From contig OZ240211.1 in NCBI GenBank assembly GCA_965197525.1, positions 1,632,001 to 1,696,000 of the forward strand: a stretch of 64,000 bases of DNA, written 5' to 3'. Of this stretch, positions 60,205 through 64,000 are shown in pieces (within the stretch, counting starts at the first letter, position 1; each line of letters opens with the position of its first letter). Source of the DNA: Nitrosopumilus sp. GTDB taxonomy: Archaea > Thermoproteota > Nitrososphaeria > Nitrososphaerales > Nitrosopumilaceae. Both the position numbers and the translations under genes were made by a program. The notes under the pieces were generated by a model that had not been told where the DNA came from, ran no database searches, and saw only the letters and a list, made by a program, of their open reading frames with translations.

Positions 60205-60375
60205 CTAGGAACTTGAATAAAGAAGAGGCTCGTAGATCGGAGTTGCATCGTCGATGATCTCGATCAATTCCTTTATCTTGCTACTTTGCTCTAACGCGTC
60301 TCTTATTGCATCTGTCTGTTCTATTATCTCTTTGTCCATGTGTCCAAAAACTATTTTAAATCTGTCTTCTGCCAT
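60205..60375 (-). CDS. small acidic protein downstream of SDH_sah protease
   Basis: MAEDRFKIVFGHMDKE..., starts 1 bp after protease stop. Confidence 0.5.
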   Translation of the reverse strand: MAEDRFKIVFGHMDKEIIEQTDAIRDALEQSSKIKELIEIIDDATPIYEPLLYSSS

Positions 60376-60376
60376 T

Positions 60377-61529
60377 TTATTTGACCACCCTTTTTCCAAA
60401 CTGTGATTCTATTTGTTGGCGTAACCGCACCAGATTTATTTTTTCACGGCATTTGGGACAATTAACCGAATCACTCAAAACTGGATATGCTATAGCGCCT
60501 TCTTTTAATTGCATGTTCTTTTCTAGGTTGGCCTGAACTTTAAGGTTATGCTTGCATTTTGTGCATGCAATATCTAATAAAAGACTCTTTTGGTTTTGTG
60601 GTGCAGGTTGCACTGGTGTCATAAAGCGGTAGATCTGCGAATCTGCTGTCTCAAAAATCTTGTATGCCATCGAGCTCTCAAAACTCATTCTCAACAAAAT
60701 GTAATAGCGAGTTATGGCTTCGTTTAACTCTTCATCCTTGCTGTAATCTGTGATTTTTACTTTAAGCTTTTCCAAGTCGTCAATTTTGATCGAACGTCCA
60801 TGTGTAAGCCATCTTGACTGGGAGCAAAGATCTGTCGCAATTTCTTTGGCCCTACTGCACCTTTCTTCTTCTGTAACATCGCGCCCGTCAGAATGCTTGT
60901 TCCAATACTTGAACTTGTACTTGGCAAGCCACTCTGTAACCAAATGCTTAGAAAAATTCTGAATGTTTTCGCAGTTTTGAATCTCTCCGGGCGATGTATT
61001 TTGCAGGATTGGAATGTATGCGGGGTTTAGCTTCTTTGTCTCTTCAACTTCTTTTTTTATTTTTTCGAGTCCTTCTAAGAACGCATCTGCTGAGAAACGT
61101 TTGCCGTTTGCTAGCTGTAGCTGTCCATCTATAGGACCTAAAGCAGATCCTTTGCCCATCAAGATCTCATCTCCTGCAGTAGCTAAAATCGTTCCCGCAC
61201 TTTTTGTGTATCCCGGGATTATCATTCCGACCGTTTCGTACTTTCCACGAATTAGGCTTACGATATCTTCTACAACTTCTCCTAGGCCTCCAGGAGTCTC
61301 CAACACTGTCTATTGCCTTGCCTGACAGGTTTTCTAGCTGGTCTTGAATTGCAAGAAGGTCTGTGTACTCGATTCCTATCGGTGCCCTAGCTTTGGAAAG
61401 GTCTGATGCAAACACCAAAATATCTCTATTGCCTCGAATCTTGGAAATGCTCGAAAGCATCTTTTTCCGTTCTTTTGTGATCTCCTCAAAGTTTTTGAAT
61501 TTTGTAAGATATTGCGCGTATATCCCCAA
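60377..61529 (-). pseudogene. ClpP-fold serine protease (SDH_sah family) with C-terminal zinc ribbon, frameshifted at ~61308
   Basis: LETPGG, KSAGT, SALGPIDGQ, WLTHGRSI, CTKC..CPKC; ORFs 61167..61529 and 60377..61306 join at KAID/..LETPGG. Confidence 0.8.
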
Positions 61530-61808
61530 GCCAAATGATTTATCTATTAAAATACTAATAAATTAACCGATCAAAGATTCTGTAACGTTATCTGGAGCTT
61601 ACATTACATTGGATTTTTCAGGTTCTATATGTCCTCCAGGCAGTTGGTGTAGTTCTGTTCTGCTGACACTGCCATCATTAACATAGCGGAACCTGAAAAT
61701 GCTGCATAATCGGGTCAGATTTGGTATGTTCCGCCCTTTGATCTGTATAAGCCCACCAGTGGCTTTCTACCGTCGTTTTTTCCGCAGACCAGAACTCGCT
61801 AGCGGCTC

Positions 61809-61828
61809 AATACCTTTAGACTCACTTT
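61809..61828 (+). repeat. degenerate att copy of tRNA-Lys 3' end
   Basis: 17/20 match to 55180-55199. Confidence 0.55.
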
Positions 61829-62086
61829 ATTAATTACGTGTGTTGGATTTTACAATTATTCTTGGTATCAGTCATGTGGTATATTCTTTTACTCTGCGAA
61901 TAAAAGTACTGTAGAATAATATGTGTGGATACAGAAAATTAAACAATATTTGAGAATCTATGTTATTTACTGATTTGATTATTATTTTTGTGTGGTATTA
62001 GTTGATATTATTACTGTAGCCCTCATATAATCATAATCATAATAATAATTACCACTACCGCTATTCAAAATCGATTCAAAAGATCA

Positions 62087-62647
62087 TCATACCTTCTTTA
62101 CCAATGTGAACCTAGGCTTATCCGGCTCGATATCCTCATGCATATCCACATTGCTTACAATCTTTACTTTGTAATTCAGCCACTTGCTTTGCATATCCCG
62201 AAATTTACAATACTCATCAATTGGTTTTTCTGCCTGATCAAATCTCTCACAATTCATGATGAATCTACTTGCAACTCTGTGCATCTCTCTGATTCCTAGT
62301 TCTACTGTAGTATCATCCAAATAATTCATCAATCCATGTGTAAAGACAAAATCTATTGCAGAGTCCCCGAATGGTAACTTTGTAATGTCTCCCTTTTTAA
62401 AATTTGCAGACGGTAGGCTATTTTTTGCAATGCCAAGTGCATATTCATTGAGATCAACTCCCTGAACTGTCACACTCTCTTTTGCAATCAATCTCAAATC
62501 AATCCCTGTTCCGCAACCTATCTCTAAAACACTTGTACAACGCAGCCCCCTTACTAGTTCGCTTGTAAACTTTGCAAACTCTTCGTTATACCTTGATTCG
62601 TTTGTATCTGCGTACTCTCTCCAAAATCCTTCGTCATACCCTTTCAT
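62087..62647 (-). CDS. class I SAM-dependent methyltransferase
   Basis: VLEIGCGTG, GVDLN, GDITKLPF. Confidence 0.9.
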   Translation of the reverse strand: MKGYDEGFWREYADTNESRYNEEFAKFTSELVRGLRCTSVLEIGCGTGIDLRLIAKESVTVQGVDLNEYALGIAKNSLPSANFKKGDITKLPFGDSAIDFVFTHGLMNYLDDTTVELGIREMHRVASRFIMNCERFDQAEKPIDEYCKFRDMQSKWLNYKVKIVSNVDMHEDIEPDKPRFTLVKKV

Positions 62648-62679
62648 AACACTATCAAAACGATGCAGTATTTGTGTTA

Positions 62680-62856
62680 TTAATTATCATGTTTGCATTG
62701 ACACGGAATTAACTTTGTACCAAAGGTACAATCATGGGGTCCGTCTGTTTTTTCTTGTGTTGGAATGTCTTTCATACAGTCATCATGACGTCCTTTTCTG
62801 CAAAACCAGCAGATGCTCTTCCTCCTCCCAGTCTCCTCTGTATCATACGTACCCAT
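62680..62856 (-). CDS. 58-aa Cys/His zinc-binding protein
   Basis: MGTYDTEETGRRKSICWFCRKGRHDDCMKDIPTQEKTDGPHDCTFGTKLIPCQCKHDN*; below track cutoff. Confidence 0.65.
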   Translation of the reverse strand: MGTYDTEETGRRKSICWFCRKGRHDDCMKDIPTQEKTDGPHDCTFGTKLIPCQCKHDN

Positions 62857-62903
62857 ACCATTTACCTCTTAATCTTATACCTAAAAAACTAACTAGATGC
62901 CCG

Positions 62904-63818
62904 TCAGATAAATGTCAGCCATGACACAAATCGCTGATCCTTTCCCATCACAGCATCAGTAAATGCCTTTTGCAACTCTTTGGTTCTCTTTCCCATCTTT
63001 CCATCGCCTATCTTTATCTTGTCAATCTGAGTTACAGACTTTACTTCCGCTGCAGTCCCTGTCATAAAGACCTCATCAGCATCATACAGATCATCTCGCT
63101 GCAGGTTCTGCTCTACTACAAACTCTCCGTTCTCTTCTATAATTCTAATAACGCTATCTCTTGTTATCCCCTCTAAACCACCTGCTGACAATGGAGGCGT
63201 TCGAATCACATCATCTTTAACAATAAAAATATTCTCGGCACTGCCTTCTGCAACCATTCCTTGTGCATTTAGCATGATGGCCTCATCATATCCATTCTCC
63301 ATTGCCTCCATCCTGGCAAGTGCTGCATTTCCATAGTTTGATGCAGCCTTTGCCTGTGCGAATTGACATCTTGAGTCAATCTTTATCCAGCTTGAGATTT
63401 TGCATTTTGATCCGGAAAATTTACCTGCCTTTGACTCTCCCATACTCCACTCCCAACATGAGATTGAGACATCCACCTTGTTTTTAGTTGGCGTCAACCC
63501 CATAGAGCCATATCCGTAATACGCTAATGGTCTGATGTATGCCTCTTTTAGTCTGCATGCCTTTACTGTCTGTATAATCGCATCTGATATCTCTTTTTTA
63601 GAATATCGCATCTTCATCGAGTATAATTTTGCTGATTTGAAAAATCTGTTATTATGTTCTGGTAATCTGAAAATTGCTGATCCATTTGGCGTATTATAAC
63701 ATCTTATTCCTTCAAAGATTGATGTTGAATAATGTAGTGCATGAGTCAGTACGTGGACCTTTGCATCTTTGAATGGAACTAGTTTGCCATTCATCCATAT
63801 CTTGCCTACCTCCTTCAT
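62904..63818 (-). CDS. ilvE: branched-chain amino acid aminotransferase
   Basis: HALHYSTSIFEGIRCY, YIRPLAY, AEGSAENIF, LEGITR, FMTGTAAEV. Confidence 0.95.
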   Translation of the reverse strand: MKEVGKIWMNGKLVPFKDAKVHVLTHALHYSTSIFEGIRCYNTPNGSAIFRLPEHNNRFFKSAKLYSMKMRYSKKEISDAIIQTVKACRLKEAYIRPLAYYGYGSMGLTPTKNKVDVSISCWEWSMGESKAGKFSGSKCKISSWIKIDSRCQFAQAKAASNYGNAALARMEAMENGYDEAIMLNAQGMVAEGSAENIFIVKDDVIRTPPLSAGGLEGITRDSVIRIIEENGEFVVEQNLQRDDLYDADEVFMTGTAAEVKSVTQIDKIKIGDGKMGKRTKELQKAFTDAVMGKDQRFVSWLTFI

Positions 63819-64000
63819 AGGCAATCGAAAAAACATATCTAATTTAAATAATTACATTTAGCTTTGGGCTTTACAGTATTTTGCATGCAGACCCGACACT
63901 TTCCAAAATCTTTCCATGATTCCACAACACCCATTTACATAAGTACATATCATAATAATTCTATAAAGCTGTATGGATTGGAATCTAGGTCTTGTGGCAA

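Larger units (their letters stand above)
55180..61828. mobile_element. decayed genomic island integrated at tRNA-Lys(CTT)
   Basis: tRNA 3' end AATCCCTTTAGACCCGCTTT recurs as AATACCTTTAGACTCACTTT at 61809-61828 (17/20); interior is pseudogenes and IS remnants. Confidence 0.6.

Noticed and set aside
61620-61800. GC-richer stretch as an integrase remnant
   Set aside because: Translated minus-strand frames show stops and no R-H-R-H-Y tyrosine-recombinase motif.

Overview
This window is core chromosome of an ammonia-oxidising archaeon (Nitrosopumilaceae-like Nitrososphaerota/Thaumarchaeota). It holds the amoB/amoC-amoX-amoA cluster, an orphan Dam-type methylase and eight tRNAs, of which Leu-TAA and Trp-CCA each carry two BHB introns. 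Housekeeping genes include trpS, pheST, valS, aconitase, pdxST, purB, rtcB, rps11, npdG, the heme-copper oxidase operon and ilvE. Accessory DNA falls in four places. (1) A 1442-bp element at 17168-18609 whose only gene is an intact-looking TnpB. It is bounded by 24-bp IS6-like terminal inverted repeats and an exact 8-bp target-site duplication, the signature of a DDE-type element rather than IS200/IS605/IS607. This is the strongest candidate for an undescribed system. (2) A divergent HTH/unknown gene pair at 26.8-27.4 kb. (3) A YwgA/SocA-like + PIN + frameshifted enzyme-like module at 32.7-35.0 kb. (4) A decayed ~6.6-kb island at tRNA-Lys(CTT) with a degenerate att copy, a GNAT toxin pseudogene, IS630 remnants and a frameshifted ClpP-fold (SDH_sah) protease. 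Also notable are a stand-alone membrane protein with both AmoC-type D/N-x3-H-x12-H metal motifs, a perfect (MMMDDKD)n repeat in a solute-binding protein and several small ORFs below the ORF-track cutoff. All assignments are from motif recognition by eye; no database search was run.
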